From the NCBI GenBank assembly GCA_934613415.1, contig CAKTSY010000002.1, positions 270,001 to 302,000 on the forward strand: 32,000 nt of DNA, read 5' to 3'. This DNA comes from an uncultured Opitutales bacterium. GTDB lineage: Bacteria; Verrucomicrobiota; Verrucomicrobiia; Opitutales; Intestinicryptomonadaceae. Shown here piece by piece: positions 8,903 through 18,132 of the stretch. Both the position numbers and the translations under genes were made by a program. Within the stretch, counting starts at the first letter, position 1; the number at the start of each line of letters is the position of its first letter. Under the pieces are notes generated by a model. The model saw only the letters and a list, made by a program, of their open reading frames with translations. It was not told the DNA's origin and ran no database searches.

Positions 8903-10132
8903 ATGCAAAACTTGCCCGACAATAATATATCTAAATTGTATGCAGCCCAAGATAGGTGCGAGCGCAAAACGATATTTATTGCATTGCTGGCAACTCTTTT
9001 GTTTCACGCACTTTTGTTTATTGCAATTCCCTCCGAATTCCCCAAAAGCGGGTTGCAGCCCAAGCCCGAAACTTTGCAGGTTAGCGTTTTGCCGCCGCTA
9101 GAAACAAAAAAACATTTCCCCGAATATATCGAGGCAAATCCCTTCGGCAACAATTTAAAGCCGAAGGCGCAAAACGCAAAAGAATCGTACAAAGACCAGC
9201 GGGCCGCCGACGAAATTCCCGACAAAAATTCGGATTCGCAAATGCCCTTTGTTGGCGGCGAAAAAAAAGATTCAAATAAAATAGTTTCGGGCACATACAA
9301 CAATATCGAAAATCCGCTGATAGAAGCCGAAGAAATTTCCAAGCTGCAAAATAGGCCGCTTGCAAACCAGCCGGAAACGCTCCCCGAAAATTCTGCACAA
9401 AACAAGCCCGAAAATTCGACGCAAAATACGTCGCAATCCAGTAGAGAAAAATCCGACAATGCAAATAAAAGTGTTAAAGCCCAAAGCGAAAAAGCCGCAA
9501 AGTTGCATGAGGCTTTAAACGGCGGAATCTCGAAGGAAATTCTTTCCGACAGGGGCGAAATTGTAGTTCCCGAAAAAGGCGAAAATGCCGAAAAAAGCAG
9601 CGTTGCCAAAGCCCCGAAGGAAACCCCCGAAAAGGCGGAAAAGCCCGCCGAGAAACAAGAGTCAAAAAAAGAGCTTGCCAACCAAGAGCAAAACGAGCCG
9701 CCCCTTCCGCAAAATTTGCCAAAGCCAAAGGTTAGGCCTTCAATAAATTTCAGGGTTGCCCCAGGGCCGCTTTCCGACAACAAAATAAGGGCGTCTATGC
9801 AGGGCACCGTTTCCGCCGATTCGCGCTTTAGCGAATTTGGAGCCTATCAACAACGTATGATAGAGGCAATTTCGCGCCAATGGAATTTGTTGGGCAGCAC
9901 CTACAACCTAAGCGGCGCGGTTGGAACGCACATAATGGTTGAATTTTACTTGAATAAACACGGGCAATTAACAAGAATTGAAACGTTATTTACAAATTCA
10001 ACGCAAACGGGAACGGCACTGTGCGAGCAGTCGATACTTACAACCGCTCCCTACGGCGAATGGACGCGCGATATGATAGACGCCTTTGGCGGCGACGCGC
10101 AACCCGTAAAAATAGTATTTTATTATAGATGA
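8903..10132 (+). CDS. Single-pass membrane protein with a long low-complexity linker and a TonB_C/TolA-like C-terminal domain
   Basis: One N-terminal TM helix (IFIALLATLLFHALLFIAI). About 230 aa of P/E/K/N/S/Q-rich linker (PENSAQNKPENSTQN, PKETPEKAEKPAEK). The C-terminal ~100 aa (YQQRMIEAISRQWNLL...IMVEFYLNKHGQLTRIETLF...ALCEQSILTTAPYGEW) follow the TonB_C pattern. The family call comes from the motif pattern only. Confidence 0.55.
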   Translation: MQNLPDNNISKLYAAQDRCERKTIFIALLATLLFHALLFIAIPSEFPKSGLQPKPETLQVSVLPPLETKKHFPEYIEANPFGNNLKPKAQNAKESYKDQRAADEIPDKNSDSQMPFVGGEKKDSNKIVSGTYNNIENPLIEAEEISKLQNRPLANQPETLPENSAQNKPENSTQNTSQSSREKSDNANKSVKAQSEKAAKLHEALNGGISKEILSDRGEIVVPEKGENAEKSSVAKAPKETPEKAEKPAEKQESKKELANQEQNEPPLPQNLPKPKVRPSINFRVAPGPLSDNKIRASMQGTVSADSRFSEFGAYQQRMIEAISRQWNLLGSTYNLSGAVGTHIMVEFYLNKHGQLTRIETLFTNSTQTGTALCEQSILTTAPYGEWTRDMIDAFGGDAQPVKIVFYYR

Positions 10133-10947
10133 CAAAAGAGTTTATAGAAGATTTTCTTAAAAGCGTTCCCTTTTCGAGTTCGGCAGAAGTTGCGGCTTTC
10201 GACGAAAACGGCATTGTTGCAATAGAAAAGGCAGCCAACGTTATGTCGCACCCGAATCCCAATGGCGGCAAGGCTGGCAGAACGCTTGTAAAGGCGCGCT
10301 ACAATTTCGAAAAACAATATTATTCGTGGCAAAACGAAAGCGGCGAAAAGCAAAGGCTACATCTTATTAACAGGCTAGATTCCCATACCTCGGGGCTGAT
10401 TATTGCGTCTGTAGACGAGGCCGCCGCCGTTGCCGCAAGAGACGCCTTTAAAAACCGCAAGGTAGACAAAACCTACAACGCAATTTGCATAGGCAGGCCA
10501 ATGCTAAAAAGCGGCATATGGCGCGACTATATTTCCAAAGAAAATTTTTCGTCTAAATTTGTGCGCGCTGTTGCGTCTTTTGGCGGCAAGACAAATTCGG
10601 AAAGCTCTTTCGAGGTAATTAAAAGCGACGAAAACGGCTTGGGGCTAACCTTAATGAAGCTTTGCCCGCATACGGGGCGCACGCACCAGCTGCGCATACA
10701 ATGCGCAAAGCGCAAAGTTCCGATTTTGGGCGACGGCACCTACGGCGATTTTTCCGTAAACAAACGCATAAAGAAACTTACTGGGCTAGACAGACTGTTT
10801 TTGCATTGTTTGGAAATAGCGTTTAGCTACGAATTAAACGGTAAAACATTTTCGTTTTCGGCAAAAAGCCAATTGCCTGAAGAGTTCGAAAAAATAATAA
10901 ACTACAACGGCAAGACGGTTTCGGCAAAGATAGGACGCTGGCAATGA
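10129..10947 (+). CDS. RluA-family pseudouridine synthase (no S4 domain)
   Basis: Catalytic motif NRLDSHTSGLIIAS, VDKTYNAICIG, and HTGRTHQLRIQCA. ATGA overlap with the upstream gene. Confidence 0.85.
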   Translation: MTKEFIEDFLKSVPFSSSAEVAAFDENGIVAIEKAANVMSHPNPNGGKAGRTLVKARYNFEKQYYSWQNESGEKQRLHLINRLDSHTSGLIIASVDEAAAVAARDAFKNRKVDKTYNAICIGRPMLKSGIWRDYISKENFSSKFVRAVASFGGKTNSESSFEVIKSDENGLGLTLMKLCPHTGRTHQLRIQCAKRKVPILGDGTYGDFSVNKRIKKLTGLDRLFLHCLEIAFSYELNGKTFSFSAKSQLPEEFEKIINYNGKTVSAKIGRWQ

Positions 10948-11717
10948 TAAGATTTTTTAAGACGGTATACGGCGCGTTCTGGTCGGTTAACACCTATGCA
11001 AACGCGCTAAAATGGAAGTACAAAGCCTTCGGCTATTTATTGCTGCTTGTGCTTGTTGCAACTTTGGTAGAATCTTTCCCCGCCTACAGAAAAATATCCG
11101 AATTTTTTGACGGGCAAATGATGCCGGCAATTAAAGACTTTAGCGAATTTAAGATAGAAAACGGGGCGGTTAAAACGCCCGAAAACAAGGTTTATAAATA
11201 CAATTTTCCCGACGGTGGCGGATTTTTCTTTGTAAGTGCCGCCCCCGTAGTAGAGCGCGAAAACTACCTTTTTTCGGTAGAGAAAGACGAGCTTGTTTTG
11301 GGTGTAAAAACGCCAATGGTAGCTTCGCGCTATCCCTTAAAAGACCTTACAATGGGCAAAGACCTTGTTGTAGACAAAGCAAAGGCTTTTGAAATTGCAA
11401 ACAGCATAAAATCATCGGTTAAAGCATTTGCGTTGCCAATGCTTTATGTTTCGAATATATTTGCAAACGCCTCCTACATTTTAATTCTTACTTTGGCGGT
11501 TTTCTTTATGGGTATGAACACCCCGCTTAAGATTAATATGCGGCGGGCTTTCAACATATCGGCATTGGCTATTACACCAACCGTAGTCTTCCAAACGGCA
11601 AGCGTGTTTTTTACCGACTACGATTACGCTTCGGGGCTATACGGGCTTATAAGTTTGGCGTTGGTTTGGTATATGCTGCGCAAACTTACAATAGCCAAAA
11701 TTAAGGGAAATATTTAA
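10944..11717 (+). CDS. Polytopic membrane protein, DUF1189-like
   Basis: ATGA overlap with the rluA-family gene. N-terminus (MIRFFKTVYGAFWSVNTYANALKWKYKAFGYLLLLVLVATLVES) and overall layout (one TM, ~110-aa loop, three C-terminal TMs) resemble DUF1189 proteins as I remember them. Needs an HMM check. Confidence 0.5.
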   Translation: MIRFFKTVYGAFWSVNTYANALKWKYKAFGYLLLLVLVATLVESFPAYRKISEFFDGQMMPAIKDFSEFKIENGAVKTPENKVYKYNFPDGGGFFFVSAAPVVERENYLFSVEKDELVLGVKTPMVASRYPLKDLTMGKDLVVDKAKAFEIANSIKSSVKAFALPMLYVSNIFANASYILILTLAVFFMGMNTPLKINMRRAFNISALAITPTVVFQTASVFFTDYDYASGLYGLISLALVWYMLRKLTIAKIKGNI

Positions 11718-11757
11718 CATTTAAAACAACGAAAAAAACATCAACCATAAAAATAAT

Positions 11758-14277
11758 ATGAAATTTTTTAAAACAACTTTACTTATGTTGCTTGTGGCTA
11801 TTTTTGTAAATGCAGCCCATGGCGAAAACAAAATAAGCGTAAACGAGCAAACCGCAAAGCCGTGGACATTCTGGTGGATTTTCGGCCCTAGTATGGACAA
11901 GGCCGACATAGACTTTCAGCTTGAATATATGGCAAAGTCGAATATGGGGGGCGTTCACATAATTCCCGTATACGGCGAAAAGGGCGACGAGAAAAACTAC
12001 ATAGAATTTTTGTCTCCCAAATTTATAGAATATGTTTGCTATATTTCAAAAAAGGCGGAGTCGCTCGGAATGGGAACGGATATGACTTTGGGAACGGGCT
12101 GGCCCTTTGGCGGCAGGCAGATAACGCCCGAACTTGCCGCAAAAAAGATAGACAAAAATTTCAATATAGTTCCCACAAAGCAAAAAGTAAAGCGCGCGGC
12201 GTTCGGCGGCGAGGGTCTTGTGCTAGACCCATTCAACCGCAAGGCAATAGACGAATACTATAAGCCATTTTACGCCGCGTTTAAGGGCGTAAAGCCAATG
12301 CCAATAAGGGCGGTGTTCGACGATTCCTACGAGATTTTCGGAGCAGATTTTTCGGACGTATTGTACGACGAATTTAAAAAATTAAGGGGCTACGATTTTA
12401 GGGATTGGCAGCGCAAAGTTTTGTTTAACCCCAACAAAACCGACGAAGAGCAAAGGGTAATGCAAGACTATTTGGAAACGCTTTCCGACTTGGTAAAAAC
12501 GGCGTTAACTGAGGGCTTTGTAGACGGAGCAAAAAAGCTGGGCGTTTTAACGCGCAATCAGGCACACGGCAGCCCCGCAAATATATTAGACTTATACGCA
12601 ATGTGCGACATTCCCGAAACTGAGTCGTTCGGCACAAGCGCGTTCGACATTCCGCTTGTTAGGGTAGACGAATCGTACGAATTCGACCGCTTTGGCAAGC
12701 CCGATTTTGATATGATGAAATTTGCCTCAAGCGCGGCAAACATTGCAAAAAAGCCGCTGGTTTCCAGCGAAACGGCAACATGGTTGGCAAACCACTTTAA
12801 GGTTGCCCTTTCGCAGGTAAAGCCGCAGCTAGACTTGCTTTTTGCCGCGGGTATAAACCACGTTGTTTGGCACGGCACGCCCTATAGCCCCAAAAACAAG
12901 CCGTGGCCGGGGCGTTTGTTTTATGCAAGCACAAACTTTAACTTTAATTCGCACTTTGGCGAATACTACGCAATGCTTAATAAATACGTTCAAAACTGCC
13001 AAAGCCTTTTGCAGAATTCCGAAAACTGCAACGAAGTTTTGTTGTATTTCCCGTTCCATTCGTTTTTAAAGGAAAAGTTTTTGCAGTTCGACGTTCACGG
13101 CTCGTGGCTTGGCTCGAACAAAAATTATGCCGAAATTTTAAAGGGGCTAAAGGGCTACTCTTTCGACCACGTTTCCGACGATATGCTTGCAAATACGCCC
13201 GACTTGGCAAAACGCTACAAGGTTTTGATTGTGCCCGATTCCGGGCAAATGCCTTTGCAAACCGCTTTTGCCGTAAAGAAACTTGCCGAAAGCGGAATGG
13301 TTGTTATCTTTCAAAATTCGCTTCCGCAAAGCGTGCCCGGGTTTTATAGATATGCAGAAAAAGGCGAACAGCTAAAATCCATTATGGCGCAAATTGCCCA
13401 AAACAAAAACGTGTTTAAGGGCAACGTGTTCGAAATTCTAAAAAAACAAGATGTTTCGTACAATCCCTTCTTCGACCAAAACGGCTTGGTGTATATAAAG
13501 AAAAAGCAGGGCGATGCGCGTTTCTACTTTGTTTCTAACTTGGCAAATAAATTTGCATACGGCAATGCCGAGATAGACGACTCGGCCAAATACGTTTGGT
13601 TTTACAACCCGCTTACAAACCAAAAGGCTTTTATTGCCGATGCAGTATCAAAAAACGGCAAAACGCATTTCAACCTAAAGCTTTTGCCCTCGCAAAGTCT
13701 GTTTATTTTCTTTTCAAGCAAAAAGCCGGATATTGAAAATAGCACAGTATTTGCAAAAGACGGAGCAGCAATTGAATTACCCGAAAGCTTTTCGTTTGAA
13801 TTTACAACGGGCTACCCCGATTTGCGCGGCAAAAAATATTCGGGCAAAAAGCTGTTTTCGTGGGCTGATTTCCCAATAGAAAACGCAAAATATTATTCGG
13901 GCAAGGGGCTCTATAAATTCGAGTTTGATTTAAGCGATGCAAACAAGCCCTACGTTCTTGATTTGGGCGACGTTCGCGAATGCGCTTTTGTTAAAGTAAA
14001 CGGCAAGCCTTTGGCGCATTTGTGGAGCGTGCCGTATCGCAGGCAAATACCGCAGGGCTTTTTGAAAAACGGCAAGAATACCCTAGAAGTTGAAGTTTTA
14101 AATCTTTCGTTTAACAGGGCAATTAAGCTGGACATAGACAAGGTTAAATGGCGCAACTTTAGGGATATAAATTTTGTGGATATTACCTATAAGCCCATAA
14201 ACTACGCAAACGCAAAGCCCGTAGATTCTGGCTTGCTTGGCAAGATAAGGCTTATAGAGCAAAATATAGAAAAGTAG
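11758..14277 (+). CDS. Secreted glycoside hydrolase (GH106-related family with a C-terminal galactose-binding-like domain)
   Basis: Signal peptide MKFFKTTLLMLLVAIFVNAAHG. KPWTFWWIFGPSMDKADIDFQLEYMAKSNMGGVHI start is typical of this family. C-terminal module YSGKGLYKFEFDL...LDLGDVRECAFVKVNGKPL...LKNGKNTLEVEVLN is typical of GH2_N-like sugar-binding domains. The GH family number is from memory and uncertain. Confidence 0.65.
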   Translation: MKFFKTTLLMLLVAIFVNAAHGENKISVNEQTAKPWTFWWIFGPSMDKADIDFQLEYMAKSNMGGVHIIPVYGEKGDEKNYIEFLSPKFIEYVCYISKKAESLGMGTDMTLGTGWPFGGRQITPELAAKKIDKNFNIVPTKQKVKRAAFGGEGLVLDPFNRKAIDEYYKPFYAAFKGVKPMPIRAVFDDSYEIFGADFSDVLYDEFKKLRGYDFRDWQRKVLFNPNKTDEEQRVMQDYLETLSDLVKTALTEGFVDGAKKLGVLTRNQAHGSPANILDLYAMCDIPETESFGTSAFDIPLVRVDESYEFDRFGKPDFDMMKFASSAANIAKKPLVSSETATWLANHFKVALSQVKPQLDLLFAAGINHVVWHGTPYSPKNKPWPGRLFYASTNFNFNSHFGEYYAMLNKYVQNCQSLLQNSENCNEVLLYFPFHSFLKEKFLQFDVHGSWLGSNKNYAEILKGLKGYSFDHVSDDMLANTPDLAKRYKVLIVPDSGQMPLQTAFAVKKLAESGMVVIFQNSLPQSVPGFYRYAEKGEQLKSIMAQIAQNKNVFKGNVFEILKKQDVSYNPFFDQNGLVYIKKKQGDARFYFVSNLANKFAYGNAEIDDSAKYVWFYNPLTNQKAFIADAVSKNGKTHFNLKLLPSQSLFIFFSSKKPDIENSTVFAKDGAAIELPESFSFEFTTGYPDLRGKKYSGKKLFSWADFPIENAKYYSGKGLYKFEFDLSDANKPYVLDLGDVRECAFVKVNGKPLAHLWSVPYRRQIPQGFLKNGKNTLEVEVLNLSFNRAIKLDIDKVKWRNFRDINFVDITYKPINYANAKPVDSGLLGKIRLIEQNIEK

Positions 14278-14302
14278 TCCTTAAAGTTTTTTGTATGCGC
14301 AC

Positions 14303-14346
14303 AAAAAAAGGAAGCCTTGGTTTTCGGGCTTCCTTTTTGTTTTTTG
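14303..14346. terminator. Bidirectional rho-independent terminator between the convergent hydrolase gene and smc
   Basis: AAAAAGGAAGCC (14305-14316), 10-nt loop, GGCTTCCTTTTT (14327-14338). An A-run upstream and a T-run downstream let it serve both strands. Confidence 0.7.
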
Positions 14347-14362
14347 CAAAATTAAAACGCCT

Positions 14363-17300
14363 TTATTGGTAGTCGGTAAAGCGCATAGAAACAAGCTTTG
14401 TAACGCCGCGCTCTTGCATTGTAACGCCGTATATAGTGTTTGCAGCCGACACCGTGCGCTTGCTGTGCGTAATTACCAAGAATTGCGAATAGGCGGTAAA
14501 CTCTTTTAATATATCCGTATAGCGGCCTATGTTTGCGTCGTCTAGCGGAGCGTCTAGCTCGTCTAGCACGCAGAAAGGCGAGGGCTTTACCATATATATT
14601 GCAAATAAAAGCGAAACCGCAGTCATTGTTCTTTGTCCGCCCGAAAGCAGAGAAAGGCTTTTTAGCACCGTTCCCGGCGGGCGCGCGATAATTTCTATGC
14701 CGCTGTCTAGTACGTCTTCGCTTTGAACAAGGTTTAGGTCGGCAGAGCCGCCGCCGAAAAGTTTTTTAAACGTAAATTCAAAGTTTTTGCGTATTTGCTC
14801 GAAAGTTTCGGCGAACATTTTTTGCGAAGTTGCGTTTATTTCGTCTATTGCCGAAACAAGTTCGTTCTTTGCCGTCCACAAGTCGTCGCTTTGCTTCTTT
14901 AAAAAGTCGTAGCGTTCCTTTAATTCGGCGTATTCCTCTATAGCCACAAGGTTAACTGCGCCCATTGCTGCAATCTTTTGGCGCAAATCCTTTACCTGAT
15001 TTTCTATTTCGCCAAAGTCGGAACTATTTGCAAGTTCTTCCAATGCTTCGGGGGTTGCCTCGCCGCGGTCTTTTGTTTTGGGGGCAATTTCGCCGTCTTC
15101 GTCTTCTATGTCGTCTAGATTTATGCGGGTTTGGAATTCCTCTTGGGCGTTCCAAAGTTCCTGCTTATAGTCTATGGCGGCAATATCAAGTTCGTAGTCG
15201 CTTCGTATGCGCTCTATGGTAAAGTCGCGGCGCGATTTTAATTTTGCCAACTCAATGTCTGCCGAATTTTTCTTGTCGGCGGCGTCTTTATTGGCGTTGC
15301 GCAGGCCCTGCATAGAGCTTTCAAATTCGGCAAGCGACTTTTCCTTTTCTGCCAACACGTTCTTTTGCTCTTCAATAGATTGCAAGTCGGCTGCAAGTTT
15401 TGCCTCTAACTCTTTTGCAAGGTTGGCGTCTTTTTCGGAATCTAAATCTAGCTGTTCAACCGCCTGGCGCGCCTGCTCCATTTCGCTTGTGCGCTTTTGT
15501 ATTTGCCCTAAAGTTTCGCTTTGGCGGCTTTTTATAATGTCTAGCCCCTTTTCGAGATTTTCCAAAGCCTGCTTTTTTGTTGCCAAGTCTATTCTCGCCT
15601 CAGAAAGCTGGGCAAATTTCATTTCCTTTTGCTCTCTAATTTCGGCAAGGGCATTTTCCTTTTCGGCAATAAGGGCTTTCGATTGCTTTTCCTTTTCTTC
15701 GGCTTCGGCAAGCTGGGCGTTTGCCCTGTTTAGCTTGTCTTGGGCTTCAAAGCGCGAATTTTCCATTTCAGCCAAAAGGGCGTTTTGCTTTTCAAGCTCG
15801 CTTTCGCGGCTTTGCCTGTTTTGCTCTAGGCTTGCAAGTTGCGCTTCTATCGAAACCAGCTCCCTTTTTATTTCCGATTCAACCGCTTTTTTTTCGTCTA
15901 TTTGCGCTTCTATCGAGTTCATTTGCGACTGCAGCGCCATTGCCTCTTCGTGCAATTTGGTAAGGGCGTTGTTGTCGGTTTCAACTTCGCTTGTAAGCCT
16001 TTTAATTTCGCGGTTGCGCAAAATAAACGAGCTTTCGGTGTCTTTTAGCTCGGAGCTTGCCGAATATACAACGCCCCTGCAGTCTACAACGTTGCCCGAT
16101 TTGTCGCAGGCAAGCGCAAATGTAAAGTTAGGGGTAGCTATTGCAAATTTTACAAAGGCTTCTATGCTTTCGCAAAAATAGCATCCCTGCAAAAGGTTTA
16201 ACGCCTTTTGTTTAAGGCTTTCGTCTTGCCCGGTATAGCCTGCAAAGTCGGCGGCTTTATATATGCCGTCGGGCAAAGTTTCGGGGTTTGCAAAAACCAA
16301 AAATCCGTTAAGCTTAATGCAGGCCTTGCCCAAATTGCGCTCTTTTAAAGCAGCAATCAATTCGCCAAGCTTAGATTCGTCGGCAATGCTAAGGGTGTCT
16401 ATGCTAGAGCCCAGCATTGCTTCGAAAGCCGTTGCCCAGCCGTCTTTAATTTCAAGCGATTGCGCTATAATCTTTACGCTGTCGGGGGCAACAATATCGG
16501 CAACCTTGCCCTGCATTACCGCCTTTACACCGTCTGAATACCCCTCTAGGCGGTTTTGAAAGTCGTTTAAAAGGCTTAGCTTTGCGCTTTTAGAGGCAAG
16601 CTGCCTGTCCATAATCTGAATTTGCGACTGCTTGTCTCTATACTGCGAAATAAGGGCGGTGTTTTGTTCTTGCAGCTGTGCAATTTCCGATTGAACCGCA
16701 GCCGTTCTCGATTTTGCGCTTTCGGCACTAGCATCGTATTCAAGCTTTCTGGCGTCGAAAGAATTTAGCTGCTCTTTAATTTGAAAAGCCGAATCTGCCG
16801 CCGCCGAGTGCTTTATTTGGTACGATTTTAAATCAACCTCCAGGCTAGTGCAGTTGCTGCGCAGCCTTGTTATTGCGCCTTCGTTTACAAGGCTGTCTTG
16901 CTTGGCGCGGTATAGCGCGCTTTCGGCGTCTTTTAGGCTAAGTTCAATTTCCTGCAACTGCGCGTTTTGCGCTTTAAAAGATTCGTCGAAAGTTCTGAAA
17001 AGTTCAAGTTGTTCTGCCTTTGTGGCGTTGTCGCCTTCGGCTTTGCCCGAAAGCGATTTTAGCTGTTCGTTTAAGGCGTTTATTTCGTTTTCGGCAAGTG
17101 CAATGCGCTCTAGCAGGTCGCGCTTTCGCACCTGTGCAAACTCGCAGTTTCTTTGGGTTTGCTCTTTTTGCGAGCGAAGTTCCGCCGCGGCGTTTCGCGC
17201 TTCTTCCAGTTTAATTAGAATGTCGGCGCGCGAGCTGCGCATTGCAAGCAAAGCCTCTTCCTTTTGCGCCAATTCTCCGCCAAGCTTTTGCAGCTCTTCG

Positions 17301-18055
17301 GCAAATTGTTGCGACTGGCTTTGATATTCGTTTATAGTCTGCGTTTGGTCGGAATATATCTTTGCGTTTAACGCCAAGTCTAAATGCTTTAGCTTGTGGC
17401 TAAGCCTTTTATATTTTAGGGCTTTGCCTGCCTGCCTTTTTAAAGTGCCAATTTGCCTGTTTATTTCCTCTATTCGGTCGGTAATACGGGCAAGATTTTG
17501 GTCTACAAGCGAAAGTTTGTTTAAGGCTTCGCGTCTTTGCGTTTTATATTTTGTAATGCCGGCTGCCTCTTCAAAGATTGCGCGGCGTTCGCTTGGGTTC
17601 GACGACAAGATTTGGTCTATTTGCCCCTGAACCATAAACGAATACGAAACGCGGCCTATGCCCGTGTCCATAAACAGGCTTTGAATTTCCTTTAAGCGCG
17701 AAATTTTGCCGTTTATAAAATAGTCGCTACCGCCGTCGCGCGAAACGCGTCGGGTAATTTCAACTTCGCTAAAATTTGTTTTTAAATCCTGCTCGCATTC
17801 GCCAAACAAAAGCTTAACTTCGCACATTTGCAGGGGCTTGCGCTTGTCTGTACCCTGAAAGATAACGTCTTGCATCTTGCCGCCGCGAAGAGCTTTTGCG
17901 CTTTGTTCGCCAAGCACCCAACGTATGGCGTCTACAATATTGCTTTTGCCGCAACCGTTGGGGCCAACAATGCCCACAATGCCCTTGGGCAGCTCTATTA
18001 CGGTTTTGTCGGCAAAGCTTTTAAAGCCGTTAATTGTAACTTGTTTTAGGTACAT
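14363..18055 (-). CDS. smc: Chromosome segregation ATPase SMC
   Basis: 1230 aa. N-terminal Walker A FKSFADKT...GPNGCGKSNIVDAIRWVLGEQSAKALRG. Two long coiled-coil arms flank a hinge (about aa 520-680). C-terminal signature LSGGQRTMTAVSLLFAI and Walker B FCVLDELDAPLDDAN. Confidence 0.95.
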   Translation of the reverse strand: MYLKQVTINGFKSFADKTVIELPKGIVGIVGPNGCGKSNIVDAIRWVLGEQSAKALRGGKMQDVIFQGTDKRKPLQMCEVKLLFGECEQDLKTNFSEVEITRRVSRDGGSDYFINGKISRLKEIQSLFMDTGIGRVSYSFMVQGQIDQILSSNPSERRAIFEEAAGITKYKTQRREALNKLSLVDQNLARITDRIEEINRQIGTLKRQAGKALKYKRLSHKLKHLDLALNAKIYSDQTQTINEYQSQSQQFAEELQKLGGELAQKEEALLAMRSSRADILIKLEEARNAAAELRSQKEQTQRNCEFAQVRKRDLLERIALAENEINALNEQLKSLSGKAEGDNATKAEQLELFRTFDESFKAQNAQLQEIELSLKDAESALYRAKQDSLVNEGAITRLRSNCTSLEVDLKSYQIKHSAAADSAFQIKEQLNSFDARKLEYDASAESAKSRTAAVQSEIAQLQEQNTALISQYRDKQSQIQIMDRQLASKSAKLSLLNDFQNRLEGYSDGVKAVMQGKVADIVAPDSVKIIAQSLEIKDGWATAFEAMLGSSIDTLSIADESKLGELIAALKERNLGKACIKLNGFLVFANPETLPDGIYKAADFAGYTGQDESLKQKALNLLQGCYFCESIEAFVKFAIATPNFTFALACDKSGNVVDCRGVVYSASSELKDTESSFILRNREIKRLTSEVETDNNALTKLHEEAMALQSQMNSIEAQIDEKKAVESEIKRELVSIEAQLASLEQNRQSRESELEKQNALLAEMENSRFEAQDKLNRANAQLAEAEEKEKQSKALIAEKENALAEIREQKEMKFAQLSEARIDLATKKQALENLEKGLDIIKSRQSETLGQIQKRTSEMEQARQAVEQLDLDSEKDANLAKELEAKLAADLQSIEEQKNVLAEKEKSLAEFESSMQGLRNANKDAADKKNSADIELAKLKSRRDFTIERIRSDYELDIAAIDYKQELWNAQEEFQTRINLDDIEDEDGEIAPKTKDRGEATPEALEELANSSDFGEIENQVKDLRQKIAAMGAVNLVAIEEYAELKERYDFLKKQSDDLWTAKNELVSAIDEINATSQKMFAETFEQIRKNFEFTFKKLFGGGSADLNLVQSEDVLDSGIEIIARPPGTVLKSLSLLSGGQRTMTAVSLLFAIYMVKPSPFCVLDELDAPLDDANIGRYTDILKEFTAYSQFLVITHSKRTVSAANTIYGVTMQERGVTKLVSMRFTDYQ

Positions 18056-18083
18056 TTAAAAAATCGTTTTAGCTTTTTTGTTA

Positions 18084-18118
18084 GAAAAAAGCCCCCATTG
18101 CCGCGCGGCAACGGGGGA
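18084..18118 (-). terminator. Rho-independent terminator of prs, immediately upstream of smc
   Basis: On the minus strand: CCCCCGTTGCC, gcgc, GGCAATGGGGG (plus coordinates 18092-18117, one G:U pair), followed by CTTTTTTC. Confidence 0.7.
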
Positions 18119-18132
18119 CAAACAACAGGGCA

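Noticed and set aside
9383-9417. Direct repeat CCCGAAAATTC at 9383 and 9407, plus other short repeats in 9340-9680
   Set aside because: These are in-frame coding repeats of a low-complexity linker (PENSAQNK / PENSTQN). There are only two copies, with no spacer/repeat architecture. It is neither a CRISPR array nor a noncoding tandem repeat.
7322-9807. Long minus-strand ORFs 7322-8113 (263 aa), 7806-8156 (116 aa) and 9004-9807 (267 aa)
   Set aside because: They are antisense to the coiled-coil gene, the lipoprotein gene and the low-complexity linker of the TonB_C-like gene. The products are low-complexity (F/R/S/G-rich). The sense-strand genes have signal or TM features, ribosome-binding sites and operon-consistent spacing.
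15207-16181. 324-aa plus-strand ORF (with neighbours 16848-17324 and 16263-16559) lying antisense inside smc
   Set aside because: Its product is S/A/F/C/L-rich low complexity. That is the mirror image of the K/E/A/L/Q-rich coiled-coil codons of smc (GAA/AAA/GCN read backwards). There is no ribosome-binding context and no recognisable domain. SMC on the other strand is unambiguous.
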